64,000 nt of DNA, taken from the NCBI RefSeq assembly GCF_009834535.1, contig NC_045696.1:36768001-36832000 (forward strand). Reading direction: 5' to 3'. Positions 26,491 through 39,622 of the stretch are shown here, one piece after another. Within the stretch, counting starts at the first letter, position 1, and every line of letters starts with the position of its first letter. A program made the translations under genes and the position numbers. The notes under the pieces were generated by a model. The model was not told where the DNA came from and did no database searches. It saw nothing but the letters and a program-made list of their open reading frames with translations. The DNA is from Camelus ferus (taxonomy: Eukaryota).

Positions 26491-28059
26491 TATTTCTAAG
26501 AGAAAATAACAATTTGAGCATACGATGAGATTAAGCTGTTGGCAATGAACAAGGCTTCTTTTTAACTTCTTTCCCCTTTCTATTACTAAATGTTAATAAA
26601 TTTATTGTTCTGAAATAGTACAATATTTTTCATAAAATTATCAGATAATCAGGAAAAGCACACAAAAATGGGATGTATTGAAGCAGTCACTATGTCACCG
26701 TTCAAAAATAGCATTGTTTACATTTGGTGAAGGTGGTTTTCATCTTCTAAATCTGTATGTGTGGTTTGTGTGGTCTATGGAGAAAAAGAAAGAAAGAAAG
26801 AAGGAGGAAGACTTTTGTAAGAATGTGATCATAACATTTAAGATATTTATAATAAAAAACATTAAATTTTCATTATAGAAAATAAATATGAAGTATAACT
26901 GTTCAGATAACTGCTTTTTTAAAACTCTGATATGCTTTAATTTCTACAGTGTCTCTTTGAGATTAAGTAAAAAATGACCAACCTTGTGAAGAGAATAAAG
27001 TTTTATTTTTAAAAACAATTTTAATTAATGAAAGTATAGATCAACTCCCTACTACAAACTATTAGGCAATTATCAATTTTACTTTTTACTTCTCCTATCT
27101 CTTCCACACTACAATATTCAGGGGTTTTTTTGTTCTGATTTGTTTTGTTTTTATTTTTGCTTCTATTATGTTTATTTTGTCAGAGTTATTTCATTAAGAT
27201 TCTGGTTTTTTGTTTGTTTGTTTTTTAATAAAGAATTTTGTAAACACTGTTCCATTATCTTTGGGCACTTTGGCCTCTATTGCATACAAGAGTCTGCTAT
27301 CAGCCTGGTATATTCCCCTTACTCCATAGGTAGCTTATGTTTTAGATTTGAATGATTAAAAAATGTTTCTTTTTATTTTAAAATTATGTAATATAAATAT
27401 GATTTTGATTTTGACCATTTTGTATCATTGCTAGGAGCTGAATTCAGTGAGAATAAGAAGTATAAGTATATCACGCAGTGTAGCAACAAGACTTTTTCTT
27501 TTCCTGACTGTACTTTTAAAATTTTATTATTCAAGGTAATAGACTTTCCTTTGTTCAGTGCTTCTGGTGAGTTTTTTGGCAAATAAACCCCTCTATGTTT
27601 TCCAGCTTATTGACTGTTAGATAAGAGTCTGTGATCATAGTTCACATTGTCATCAGTATCTAAAAGACCACCAATTTAAAAAACAAAAAGCTGTCTTTCT
27701 TTTTTCCCTGTCATGTCTCTAGCATCTACAACAGAGTAAGAATTTAATGAATATTTGAGGAATAAATAAAAAATAAATGAACAAGTTGAGATTAGTTAAC
27801 GAGGTAACAAATTGTCTATTGTAAAATATTTTATTGTGAAATTTCACAATAATATTATTTGTCACATTTTGAATTTTACAGATTTTATTTCTGTCTTTTC
27901 AATACTGTATTGAGGAGTTGTAGAACTAGACTTTTTCCTCTATACTTTCATCTTAAATGTGTCTATAAGTCTACAAGATTTTGTTTAATCATTCTCAAAA
28001 AAATCTTTCTTCTACCTCCATTCAAAAGGGTATTCCAAAAATCATGAGATTTTTGTCCA

Positions 28060-29870
28060 AGTTTTGACATAAAAGAGCTTAGAGGGCATCACTCCTATCC
28101 TTACAAAAAGAAAAAGCTAAATATACTGGAAATCACTCGCTTTTATTGGATTCATCAAAGAACTGATGTCAGGGCAAACCATCACTGCAAAAATCTGGAA
28201 AGGTTAAAAGATATAGCAACTGAGATCTGCCTACCTGGAAGAGAAATCACTAGAGCAATAACCTGAAGGCAGCAAGAGAAAAAAAAAATCAAAAAGGAGA
28301 ACAATGATAAGGATTATGACATGCCCATTGTCAAAATTCATGCCAGCCAGTAGAGAATGAAATGAAATACTTAAAATATTGAAAGAAGAGGTAACCACAT
28401 TAAAATTGTACATCCAGTGAAACTATTGTTCAAAAGTAAAGGAGAAATAGACTTTCTCAGAAAAAAACAAAAACTGGGGAAATTTGATGACTTATCCAGC
28501 AAGAAATGTTAAATGAATTTATTTAAGTAGAAGAAAAATAATGTGTGACAAACTTGAATCTACATAAAGATAGGAAGATTATTGGAAAAAATAATAAATG
28601 CAAGTAAAATAGTATCTTTTACTTTTCTTGTTCTTAATTGAACTAAAATATAACTGTCTTTAAAGTACTACTACTACTACTACTAATAATGTATCAAGTG
28701 ACTATAGCATATGGAGAAGTGCAATGTGTGAGAGCCATACCATAAGGGACAGAAGGAGGAATGGGAGTGATCCACTATCAGGTACCTTCACAGCACATAA
28801 AGTGGTTGAGTGTTATTTGAAGGTAGACTTAGATGATCTAAAAATACATATTGTAAACTCTAGGGAAATCATTGGAAAAATGGTTGATTCTGGGATGGAG
28901 CAGGAAATATATAAGATGTGCCTTCAGCATCTTGCAGTGCTGGGAAGTAAGAAAGCACCAAAAATGAAAAAAGTTAAAAATATACACACAATAATGGGAG
29001 TATGTGAAAGGGCCACAGGAGCCAACTGAAAGAACTCCCAGTGGCCAAAGCTGGAACAATTTGAGGAACAATATAAATAAAACAGTATTGGATTATAACA
29101 GAAAGTATAAAATAAATAAGTATAAAATAAATATCCATGAGTCCATTCTAGTAGCAAGAAACAATTGGATAAATTAAAAAATAGGAAGAATACACACATC
29201 TCTTGAACCCCAAAATTCCAAGTAATTTATGTAGATACATATCTCCTCTTTAAGAAGGTAGAACGTAACTCTCCACCTCTTTCCTGTGGGATGCATATAG
29301 TGGCTTCTTTTCAAAGACAATTGTATGGAAAGGGAGAAAAGAATCACTTCTCAGTGGGGAAGCCTGACAAATACTACCTTAGCCAGGTGATCAAGGTCAA
29401 AATGAATGGTGATGTTGTATGGACTGCATGAACCCTTAATATGATGTGATGAGAATGGCACAGAATTTCAGTTTAATATGAGAAAAGCATCTGACAAACA
29501 CCAATTGAGGGATATTCTACCTAATGCCTGAGCAGTATTTCTCAAAACTGTCAAGATCGCAAACAAAGTTGGGAAAAGTGTCACAATCCAGTAGAAGACA
29601 TGTTGACTAAATGTAATGTGGTATCCTGAATGGGGTCCTGGAATAGAAAGAAAAAAGTACATTAAGTAAGAACTAAGGAAATCTGAATAAAGTGTGGATT
29701 TAAGTTAATAATAATGTATCAATATGACCTTATTAATTGTGAGAAATATGCCATACTAATGTAAGACGTTAGCAATATGCAAAATTGGGTTTGGGATATA
29801 TGGGAAACTGTCTACTATATTTTTTCTGTAAATACGAATTACTATAAAATTGAAAGTTTATTTTTAAAAG
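28060..29870 (+). mobile_element. Internally deleted L1MC3-like element (5'/ORF1 pieces plus 3' UTR)
   Basis: ORF1-like tgtacatccagtgaaactattgttcaaaagtaaaggagaaata; 3' UTR motifs caggagccaactgaaagaactcccagtggccaaagctggaacaatttgag and cctgacaaatactaccttagccaggtgatcaaggtcaa. Confidence 0.75.
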
Positions 29871-30704
29871 TCACTAGTTTTTCTCTCACTTACCACTTGC
29901 CCAGTTGTAAAGAACAAGATTTAGTGTCTTAGATATGAATCATAAAAAGGCTATTCTTATTAACAGAGTAAACTCCTGCTCAGAGAAACCATGAGTTTGA
30001 TTAAAGTTTCAGAATTTGGACTTCCTTGCCATTAAACCAAAAAAGAAAATCTTAAGAACTATTATTTAAAAAAAAATTAATCAGAATAAATAGTAGTTTT
30101 AGGAAATTATCCCCTTCCATTGTATTTCTCAAATACTCTGTAACTGTACTGAACACACCAGCCACACACTTCAGATTCTCTTTATGCAATTGTTTGAAAT
30201 AGAAATACAATCCCTTTTCTTGTAAGTTGTAATCTAGTCCCTCAAGATCCTTCTAGTATTTTGTTTCTAAAGTTAGATAGTTCTGAAATTCCAAAATGGT
30301 GAAGTTTGATTAGATAATCAAAAACATGGTGCATAAAGGACAGTGTTTTTCTGGTTGTTGCTGTTGTTACTGTTCAATTTCTAAGATACGTTTATTGATG
30401 TTAACTCTTTTAGTCAATTTGAAATTTTTTTTCTTCAAATTCTTCTTGGATAGAATTTTCTTGTATTTACTGTGTTGTTTCCTTCTTTTCTCCCTAAACT
30501 CACATATAGGGGGGTATGTTTTATGTCTTTTAACCCTCATACTGTAGGGATGTAATACAAACGGCAGAATGGGAACCTGAAATTGCAGCAAAGGATGATT
30601 CAGTTATAGAAAGACAGGACCAGTTTTTGCATTTCTAAATTTGTGCCTGAGACTCTTGGTGGCAGAATAGCCCTTTTTATGCTGTGATCATTATTATTTC
30701 AAGA

Positions 30705-30809
30705 AGGAGGAGTGAGGGAATATAATAAACAGAAAAGTAAATTGGAATTAAGACAGGAGGAGTGAGGGAATATAATAAACAGAAAAGTAAATTGGAATTA
30801 AGACAGGAG
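30705..30809. repeat. Perfect tandem duplication, 2 x 50 bp plus 5-bp junction homology
   Basis: aggaggagtgagggaatataataaacagaaaagtaaattggaattaagac at 30705 and 30755, followed by aggag; lies at the start of a MIR-like segment. Confidence 0.97.
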
Positions 30810-31309
30810 TTCAAGCCCCAGGGCTTTCATGGATCAACTGTTTGACCAAGAGAAGCTCTAAGTGGACTCAACTGCAAAACGGAGTGATCACCTTAAATAA
30901 TTTCTACAGTCTTTCTTGGCTTTAACCTATTTTTGTAACACAAGTAGTCATGAAAATTCAAGTACAGAAGTGTTTGAAAAATGACCCAAACTTTTGAGAA
31001 GCTCTACTGGTAACTCTTTCCTGTAATTAACTAATATTCACATAAGGAGCCTGAGTTCTTCCACTAGGGTTTTTGCTTTGTTTTTGTATTACATTATATT
31101 AGTGTTAATGTAACCCAGTAATTAAACAAATTCAAAAACACAATTTGGATGTCAAAAAAAAAAAAAAAAGGAATAGAGACCTCAATCACTATTTTTAAAT
31201 GAGCTTCAGAAATAATTTCAAGAGAAATGTGACCTTTTTAAAATAACTCTATGTGCACAAAATAGACACAGTTTCATTTCTCTCTCCATCTTTCTTTAAA
31301 ACTTAGTGA

Positions 31310-31458
31310 GCGTATTTAAAAGGCATTAATCTCATTCATGAGGCTCCGCGCTTAAGACATAATCGCTTCCCTGAGGGCCCCACCTCCTAATGCCATCACG
31401 TTGGATATTAAGATTTTGATATATGAATTTGAGGGGGACACACGTTCAGATCATAGCA
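31310..31458 (-). mobile_element. MLT1A0-like LTR fragment
   Basis: ggcattaatctcattcatgagg...cccacctcctaatgccatcac...gggggacacacgttcagatcatagca. Confidence 0.75.
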
Positions 31459-31914
31459 AACTCTGAGACAGAGTGCAAATGTGTTATAGAAATTTGAATG
31501 ATCAAGTCCAGTCAGACACAGGAAAGCTTCCCAGTCTCATCAAGGGGTTGTTGATTGGATCAATTCTGGAAAAAATGAAAAACAAAACAAGAATATTTTA
31601 ACAGAAATTGCTTGGTCTGTCTTCTTGGGAAGAAGGGAGTAAAAGACCTAAATTTGTGGCTGCCAGTGCCCTGTGGAGAGGGGCCAGGAATAGCCTGCGC
31701 AAAGATTTCAGCTACATTAGTGACATCTCTGGGTGAACACACTAGTATTCTCTTTTGCCATCTACTTTCCTTATAAAATAGAATTAGAAAGAGCCAGTCC
31801 CTCTGTGATTGGAAAGAAATTGCTAAAATCGAATTCTTAAAGTCCATCTGGCCATGATGTGTTAGTCTTTCTGTACAGTGCTGATTCTGTTTTGCTGTTT
31901 TTGGTAGTTGTTCC

Positions 31915-32330
31915 TAATAAAGATTTTGATGTCTGTGTCCACAAAATTGTAAAGTTGGCCTGTATTTTTCTTGTAATGTCTTTGATTTTATCAGGTTAAT
32001 AATGACCTCATAAAATTAACTGAGAAGTGTTTACTCCTCTATTTTCTGAAAGAGCTTGTGTAGGATAGGTATCATTTCTTAAACATTTGTAACATTTACC
32101 AAGTAAGCAACTGAGGCTCTGAATTTTCTCTGTAGAATGGTTCTTTACCAATGAAGTTTCATTAACAGATATTCAGCTATTTGTGTTTTCTGTTTTGGAA
32201 ATTTTTGTCCTTCAGGGAATTTGATCATTTTATTTATATTGTCAAACGTGTTTGCATGAAGTTGTCTGTAATATTCCCTTAATATTTTTTAAATGTCTGG
32301 AGCATCTGAACTGATGTTTCTTTTTTCTTT
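31915..32330 (-). mobile_element. Old L1 ORF2 fragment
   Basis: ttggcctgtatttttcttgtaatgtcttt...cctcataaaattaactgagaagtgtttactcctctattttctgaaagag. Confidence 0.7.
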
Positions 32331-32454
32331 TCTTTTTTTTTAAGTGGAGGGAAATGGGTTTAGATGACAGTCATGATAAATACAGCTATGTTCGCTCAAA
32401 CAGAACAGCAACAACAAACTTAGTTACTTTCTCTGCCTGTTTGGCCTGTATGAC

Positions 32455-32898
32455 TGCATTAAGTTCCTGGAGCTGCTATAATGAACTACTACAAACTGCT
32501 GGGTGGCTTAAACTAAGAGAAGTTTATTTATTGTCTCACAGTTCTGGAGTCTAGACATCCAAAAAGCAGGGCTAGTCTCCCTCTGAAACATGTAGAGAAT
32601 AATCTTTCCTTGTTTTTGCCAAGTTTCTGGAGATGGCCATCCATTTTTAGCACTCCTTGGTTTCCAACTGAGTCTACTCCAATCTCTGCCTCTGTCATCA
32701 AATGGTGTTCTCTATTCTCTCTTATAAGGACACTGCTTAATTACTTCAAGAGCCCACCTTACACCAGTATGACCCCCTCTTACTGAGATTACTAATTATA
32801 TCTGCAATGACCTCATTTCTAAATAATATCACATTCTGAATTACTAGGGGGTTAGGATTCAGCATATCTTTTGGGGGTACACAATTCAACTCATAACA
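32455..32898 (-). mobile_element. MaLR solo LTR (MLT1B/C-like)
   Basis: gctgctataa...gggtggcttaaac...tctcacagttctggag...cttataaggacac...gggggtacacaattcaactcataaca. Confidence 0.85.
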
Positions 32899-33739
32899 AT
32901 AATACAATACAGATTAAATATGCAAAGAAACTCAAGCATGGAACCATTCTAAAATGACATTTTAAGTATAACAAGTGTAGTGCATTCAACTGATTGATGT
33001 ACGGAGATGGTAATGGCAGCTCAGCATGATTTTAAAATCAAGTAAACAAGTAATAAGCCTGGAAAAAGAGTGAAGGGGTTATTTCTAGATAAATAAGCAT
33101 CATATTAACAATTTTTCCCAGGAAGCAGTTTGTATTTAGGCTGTCATTTGAACTCATGGGAAATAATAGGAAACCTTTTTGTTGTTCTTATTTTTCCAGC
33201 ACATAATATGCGCATGTGGTGTATTTATGTAGTTTTCTGTAACTTAGTGGAATGCATAGCACTTGAGACATTCAGACAAATAAGAGTTGGGACCTCATTA
33301 GGGCATGCTGTTTGCTGCTGCCCATGGTTCAGTTGATGACCATGTAAATGATTCACTGGCATCCTGTTAGTAATTTCTAATCAACATGTGGTCTCTATTT
33401 TAATGCACACCACCAGAATTCATTAACCTCCAAAACAATTTCTTTTTCATTAGCTCTCAGACTAGAACCACTTAATTTACACAATGAGATAAGGTATTGG
33501 AAGTCTTTAATAGTTACTCTATTTAATCACTACTGTGGCCTTTATCAATATTTCAGCATATAATTTATTTTTTAGGAGTATGTATCTTTAAAATAGATTT
33601 TTTGAAACATTTAACATATTTTATATTATTCAATATGTTTTGTTTCAACCTGTTTTCTTTTTTATTTTAAGCAGCATTATCTATCCAAATAAAACTCCTC
33701 AGTAAGCAGCATTTATGAATATAATTTTTATTTCTTTTA

Positions 33740-33835
33740 TATTTTTGTAAAGAACATAAACACAAAATTTACTGTCTTAACCATTTCTAAGTGTACAGTT
33801 CAGTACCGTTAAGTACAATTACATTGTTTTGCAAG
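33740..33835 (-). mobile_element. L1MB 3' terminal fragment
   Basis: aaaatttactgtcttaaccatttctaagtgtacagttcagt. Confidence 0.65.
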
Positions 33836-34269
33836 CTGAATATATTATTTTTTATAAATTCTACATTTTCTTACACTAATCTATTTTGTGAATGTGTGTA
33901 CAAATTGCTACTTGACAGTTTCTATAGAAATCTGTATCAAAAGGTACTTTGCCACATAATATTGTGTGTGTTTATTTAAAGTATAATTGCTTGTGGGTAT
34001 TAATTTTCAAATTGTGACCAAATATAAGTCATCCTCAAATAAACAATGTACATTAAATACTCCAATTTATTATTAGTATAAAGGTCATAGAATCTAATTC
34101 TTGGAAAAAACCTACAGAATTTATTCAGTGCAGAATGAATTGTGCACCATGATTTTTGTCTTAAAAGAAGAAGGATCTGCTTAACGACTGTAACAAAAGA
34201 GATCCTAAGAATATTAGCTAAATCTATTAGTTGAATCTGAAGGCAAATTCATGCTTTTTTGAATGTCAT

Positions 34270-34530
34270 TGGTACCAGATGTTAGTGACTAAGGCAGCTC
34301 ATCTCTTATATTAAGCTGAAATCTGCCTCCTTTCTCTATTCTCTGGGCTTCCAGAGTAAACACTATTCCAGTGTGAGAGTCTTTCCTGAATTTGACGACT
34401 GATGTCACTGGTTCCTTTTAAGTATCCAGGTTAAAAATCTTTTTTTCCTTCAGTTGTATGTCCTAAAGGGAATAGACCTTCAGACCACCAGACTGTCTTG
34501 TTCTCCTGTGGATACAATTAAGATTGTCAT
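34270..34530 (-). mobile_element. L3/CR1 fragment
   Basis: taagctgaaatctgcctcc...tccaggttaaaaatc...ttccttcag...ctcctgtggataca resemble reverse L3. Confidence 0.45.
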
Positions 34531-34537
34531 GCTCCTA

Positions 34538-36878
34538 TCAGAGAAGAAAAAGAAATAAAAGGAATCCAAATTGGAAAGGAGAAAGTAAAATCCTCACTGA
34601 TTGCAGATGACATGATACTATACATAGAAAATCCTAAAGATACTACTGGAAAACTGCTAGAGCTCATCAATGAATTTAGTAAAGTTGTGGGAAGCAAAAT
34701 TAATATACAGAAATCTGTTACATTTCTATACACTGACAATGAACTATCAGAAAGAGGAATTAATGAAATAATCCCATTTACAATTGCATCAAAAAATAAT
34801 AAAATACCTAGGAATAAACCTACCTAAGGAAGTAAAATACCTGTTCTTGGAAAACAGTAAGACATTAATAAAAGAAATTGAAACTGACACAAACAGATGG
34901 AACTACATACCATGTTCTTGGACTGGAAGAACTAATATTGTTAATATGACCATACTACCACAATACACAGATTCAATGCAATCTGTCTCAAAATACCAAT
35001 GGCATTTTTCACAGAATTGGAGCAAATAATTTCAAAATTTGTATGGAAGCACAAAGGACTCTGAATAGCCAAACCAATCTTGAGATAAAAGAACAAACTG
35101 GAGGAATCATGCTCTTTGACTGTACTACAAAGCTACAGTAATCAAAACAATGTGGTACTGGCATGAAAACAGACGTATTAATCTATGGAACAGAATAGAG
35201 AGCTCAGAAATAAATCTGCACACTTATGGTCAATTAATCTACGACAAAGGAGGCAAGAATGTACAATGGAGAAAAGACGGTCTCTTCAATAAGTGGTGAT
35301 GGGAGAACTGGACAGCTACATGTAACTCAATGAAATTTGAACATTTTCTAACATCATATGCAAAAATAAACTCAAAATAGATTAAAGACCAAAATAGATG
35401 TAATACCAGATACTCTGAAACTCCTACAGGAAAAAAGGCAAAACACTCTTTGACATAAATCACAGCAATATATATTTTTTTTGGATTCATCTCCTAAAGA
35501 AAAGAAAACAAAAGCAACAATAAACAAATGGAACTTAGTTAAACTTAAAAGCTGAAAAGCTTTTGCACAGCAAAGGAAACCATAAACAAAACGAAAAGAC
35601 AACCTACTGAGTAGGAGAAGCTATTTACAAATGATATGACCAATAAGGGGTTAATATCCAAAATATATAAACAGCTCATACAATTCAATATGTAATAGGG
35701 AAGAATAGGGAATAGCTCTAACCCTGTGCTCTGTTTCCTGTTTAGTCATACTGGTTCTATACCTTTTGTAAAATAATATTGCCTATAGCCTGAAATATGC
35801 AGGATAGCCCATTCTCAAGGCTCTGACCTTTAAGAGTATAACACTTTTCCATTTATATAAAGATTTAAAAGTTGTAGAAGAGAGAATAACATTTGTCTTG
35901 GAGATTTACAGGAACATCATGACCTGACCTACTTGGACAGCTGCAAGAACAAAGGATTCTGACATCAAGAAGTTTGCAGCAACCAACCACATCCCCTCCA
36001 CTGTTTAGTATAAAAAAAGCCTGAATTCTGACTTGGATAAGATGGTTCTCCAAGCCATTAGTCTGTTATCTTCTCGGTCTGCTGACTTTCCCAGTAAAGT
36101 CATTATTCCTTGCCCCAATATCTTATTTCCAGATTTATTGTCCTGTTGGGCAGGAGTTTGGACTTGGTAATAAGTATCAAAACCCAAAAAACTTGATTAA
36201 AAATGGGCAGAAAAACTGAATAGTCATTTTTCTAAAGAGGAAATGAAGATGGTAACAGGCACATGAAAAAGATGTTCAACATTGCTAATCATCAGGAAAA
36301 TGCAAATGAAGGCCAGAATGAGATATCACCTCACACCTGTCAGACTGGCTAGCATCAAAAAGAACACAAATAACAAATGTTGGCTAAAATGTAGACTTGT
36401 ACACTGTTGATGGGAATGTAAATTGATGCAATGACTATGGAAAACAGTGTGGAGCTTTGTCAAAAAACTAAAACTAGAACTACCGTATGACCTAGCAATT
36501 ACACTCCTGGGTATATATCCCCCTCAAATGTAAACACTAATTTAAAAAGATACATGCACCCCAATGTTCATAGCAGCATTATTTACAATTGCCAAGATAC
36601 GGAAGCAACCTAAGTGTCTTATCAACAGATGAATGGATAAAGAAGATGTGATATATATTTAAAATGGAATACTACTCAGCCATAAAAAGAATGAAATCTT
36701 GCCATTTACTGCAACATAGATGGACTTGGCATTAGGCTTAGTGAAATAAGTTAGACAGAGAAAGACAGCATTGTATGATATCACTTATATGTGGAATCTA
36801 AAAAATACAACAAACTAGCAAATGAAACAAACAAAAAAAAATCAGACTCACAGACAGAGAGAACAAACCAATGGTTGT
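34538..36878 (+). mobile_element. L1 (ORF2 RT/C-terminal half plus partial 3' UTR), truncated at both ends, interrupted by an LTR
   Basis: Encodes [38 protein letters not shown] and [13 protein letters not shown]...RWNYIPCSW with frameshifts; flanked by tgctccta direct repeats (34530-34537, 36879-36886). Confidence 0.92.
35691..36172 (+). mobile_element. ERV1 solo LTR inserted in L1
   Basis: tgtaataggg...ggacttggtaata; TATA-like tataaaa near 36009; TSD aata/agta; L1 sequence resumes collinearly after it. Confidence 0.85.
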
Positions 36879-37414
36879 TGCTCCTAGCTAGAAAAGAGCT
36901 AGGATCCTTGTAGTGTGTTGCATTATTTTCATTTAAAAGGAGATTGTGTTCCTGTTAGAGAACTAAATATCAACTCCATCATAACCTAGAACCTCATATT
37001 CTAAAGCAAAAATTAATATTTATATATATTTACATATGATAAATGGGAATTGATCTTAGTATAAATTTGCCTCAAATTTTTGGTAAAAATGTACCCCAAA
37101 CTGACCACCATGTTTGTAACAAGCAATATTTAAATAAAATAAGATTATTTTCTGTCTTTGAATATTAATGTATTTTTTCAATTATTTGAAGGAACTTAAC
37201 TCTTACAATAAGCAAATCTCAAACATTTGAAGAAATATCATTTCTTTCTTTTTTTATTTCTTCTAGCAATAAGAGATGCAAGATGTTTCTGTTAACTTTA
37301 GAGCTGCCTGCAGAATAGTGCAGAATTATTTCAATTATTAACACTTCATATCCACTGGAAAGCTATAAAAGTATTTGCCTAGTTATCTTACAGGACTTTT
37401 AGGTAAAAGCTTCA

Positions 37415-37588
37415 GTGTAGCACTGTAGAAGATACTTGGAGTATTATGCTGATTCTCCTGACTCAGTTTCTGTGTGACATTGAGCAATTTACTCTAACTT
37501 TTGAAGTTTCCTTTTTCCTTATTTGTAAAAAGGAATGTCTCCAGTATCTGATTTCCAAAGTTCTAGACAGTTCACACATCCTGTGAAT
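37415..37588 (+). mobile_element. MIR (MIRc/MIR3-like)
   Basis: ctgtgtgacattgagcaattta...tttccttatttgtaaaaagga...ccaaagttct. Confidence 0.6.
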
Positions 37589-38341
37589 GAGTTTCAGCAT
37601 TTTAAAAGCCAGCACAATATAGTATCTTAACCGTATGCTCACAATTGTGCCTTAACCTGAAGTGTTTGGAAAATTTTGAGAATACAGGGATTTTTGGTTT
37701 GAGTGCCAGAATGAAATGTGTATGTGAAACTATTCAAAATAGTTTACACCTGCCAAGATGCACACATTTTATTTTCATGGAGTTTCTCCTTTGACTTTAA
37801 ATCCTAGTAATATTTATTAAGGAAAAATCAATTTAAAAAAAACCCCTCCCTTTAATAGCTGATATCCAAAACAGTAGACTTTCATTAATAATCCTAATTT
37901 CATTTTTTAGCTTTTGCACTTTCATTTTATACTATACATTCAAGGGGTCAAAATTTTAACAATGCTGCATTTGACCATGCTTAATATCACAAAATGTCTT
38001 GAATTTAGTTTGAAATCATGGCCTACCAATGCAAAAATCATTCTTAATATTGCATTTAGGGGAATTAGTGCGCATTTGGTTCAAAAATGTGTCTTGTTTT
38101 TGCTTTGCAAATATGACAAGAAATTAGATGACTTTCTATTTGTCATTTCTGAAGTGTGAACACAAAATTGTATCTAGCAGTTGTTTTCAGCTTAATAATA
38201 TCCCTCTAGAAAAGTGTCATAAAAGAAGTACAGTATTAATCACTTATTTCCTAGAATTATGCTTTAATATATTTGATATAGTCAATATGTGTTACTTTGA
38301 ATCTTGACTACAAAATTTTGAAATTGTAACCTGGAAAAAAC

Positions 38342-38372
38342 GTGTGTGTATGTGTGTGTGTGCGTGTGTGTG
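38342..38372. repeat. (TG)n microsatellite, imperfect
   Basis: gtgtgtgtatgtgtgtgtgtgcgtgtgtgtg. Confidence 0.9.
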
Positions 38373-38604
38373 TATTTCACTCTGTACACATATTATCAGT
38401 TGTAATGCTGGCCATTTTCTTAGCAACACAGAACCTTGCCAATACAGCATTTTTGTCTATTGATTTAACTCAGCAAGTAGCTATATTAAGACAGATATGT
38501 GAGCCTATCAAAAGTAGGTATGACTTTTATTTGCAGTAGCTCTTATAGCAGAGCTCTATTTAGTGTGAACTATTTGTCAAATAATAGAGAAAAAATGAAA
38601 CTGG

Positions 38605-38905
38605 GATAGAGTTAAACTGATGATCCACAGGCTGAATTTTGTCTGATGCTCTTTTTTTTTCTGCCCATGTGGTTTATCCAGAAAGTGATTAAAAAAATAT
38701 TTCCCAGTCAAAGATTAACCGTAAATTATTAGCAGCATGAAGACAGTGGTCTTTGAATTCTGTGGTTCCCGCATGCAAACCACTGGCTGTAGTTGCTCCC
38801 CTTGCAAGAGACATGCTTTTTAGGCTGCCCTACTTGGTTTGATTCACCCAGTTACATTACTTCCTGGTCCATGGAGGTGTCCAAGTCCAAGCCATTTATT
38901 CTGCC
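38605..38905. mobile_element. Possible hAT MITE (MER102-like)
   Basis: aaactgatgatccacaggctgaatttt...ttcacccagttacattacttcctggtcc weakly resemble MER102. Confidence 0.35.
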
Positions 38906-39082
38906 TCTGCACTGCTTCTTGAACACTGCTTATTAATACCATGATCACTTAGCTATTGGTGCAATTGCCAAATTACTGGGGACAGAATCATCTTATCTCA
39001 GGTTTTTTGTTTTCTATTTTTCCTCTCATCTTCATCCTAATTCATTTCTCCTCACTTTCCTGAGCATTTCCCAAGATAAAAT

Positions 39083-39622
39083 TTTTACCAAGTCTAAGCT
39101 TGTACTGCTCACCACACCACAGTAAATCAATAAATCGAGAGATGAGATAGTGGGACAGTGAATCGTGACTTTATTCAGAAAGCCAGAAGATGGAGGAGAT
39201 GATGGACTAGTGTTCCAAAGAACCATCTTACCCGAGTTAGAATTCAGACTTCTTTTATACTAAAAGGGGAGGGGGTGTGGCTGGTTGTTGCAAACTTCTT
39301 GGTGCCAGCCAGATTCCAGAGGGGATATGACAATCCTTTGGTCTAGGAGCTGTCCACGGAGGTCTGGTCACGATGTTCCTGTAAACCTCCCACAAGAAAA
39401 TTGTTACTCTCTGCTCTGCAACTTTTTATTTCTATATTGAAGAAAAGTGTTATATCTTTAGAATTCAAGCCTGGAAGACAGAGTCTTGAGAATGGACTAT
39501 CAGGTATATTTCAGGCTATAGGAAACATTCTTTTACAACGTTAAGCGCAGGCAACAGAGCACAAAAGTTAGAGCTAAAGGAATAGATCCAATATGCAGTC
39601 AAGTTTGTTCTTTTCTTTTACA
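39083..39622 (-). mobile_element. ERV1 solo LTR, same family as 35691-36172
   Basis: Reverse complement shares long blocks with the 35691 LTR (agaaccatctta, agaattcag, ggttg.tgcaaacttcttg, gatgttcctgtaaa, cttgagaatgg, atttcaggctatagg); perfect 4-bp TSD AAAT (39079-39082, 39623-39626). Confidence 0.9.

Noticed and set aside
29103..29132. 15-bp tandem duplication aagtataaaataaat x2
   Set aside because: Low-complexity slippage inside an L1 3' UTR; unremarkable.
34612..35029. ORFs encoding reverse-transcriptase-like peptides
   Set aside because: Frameshifted fragments of L1 ORF2, not a host gene or a novel RT system.
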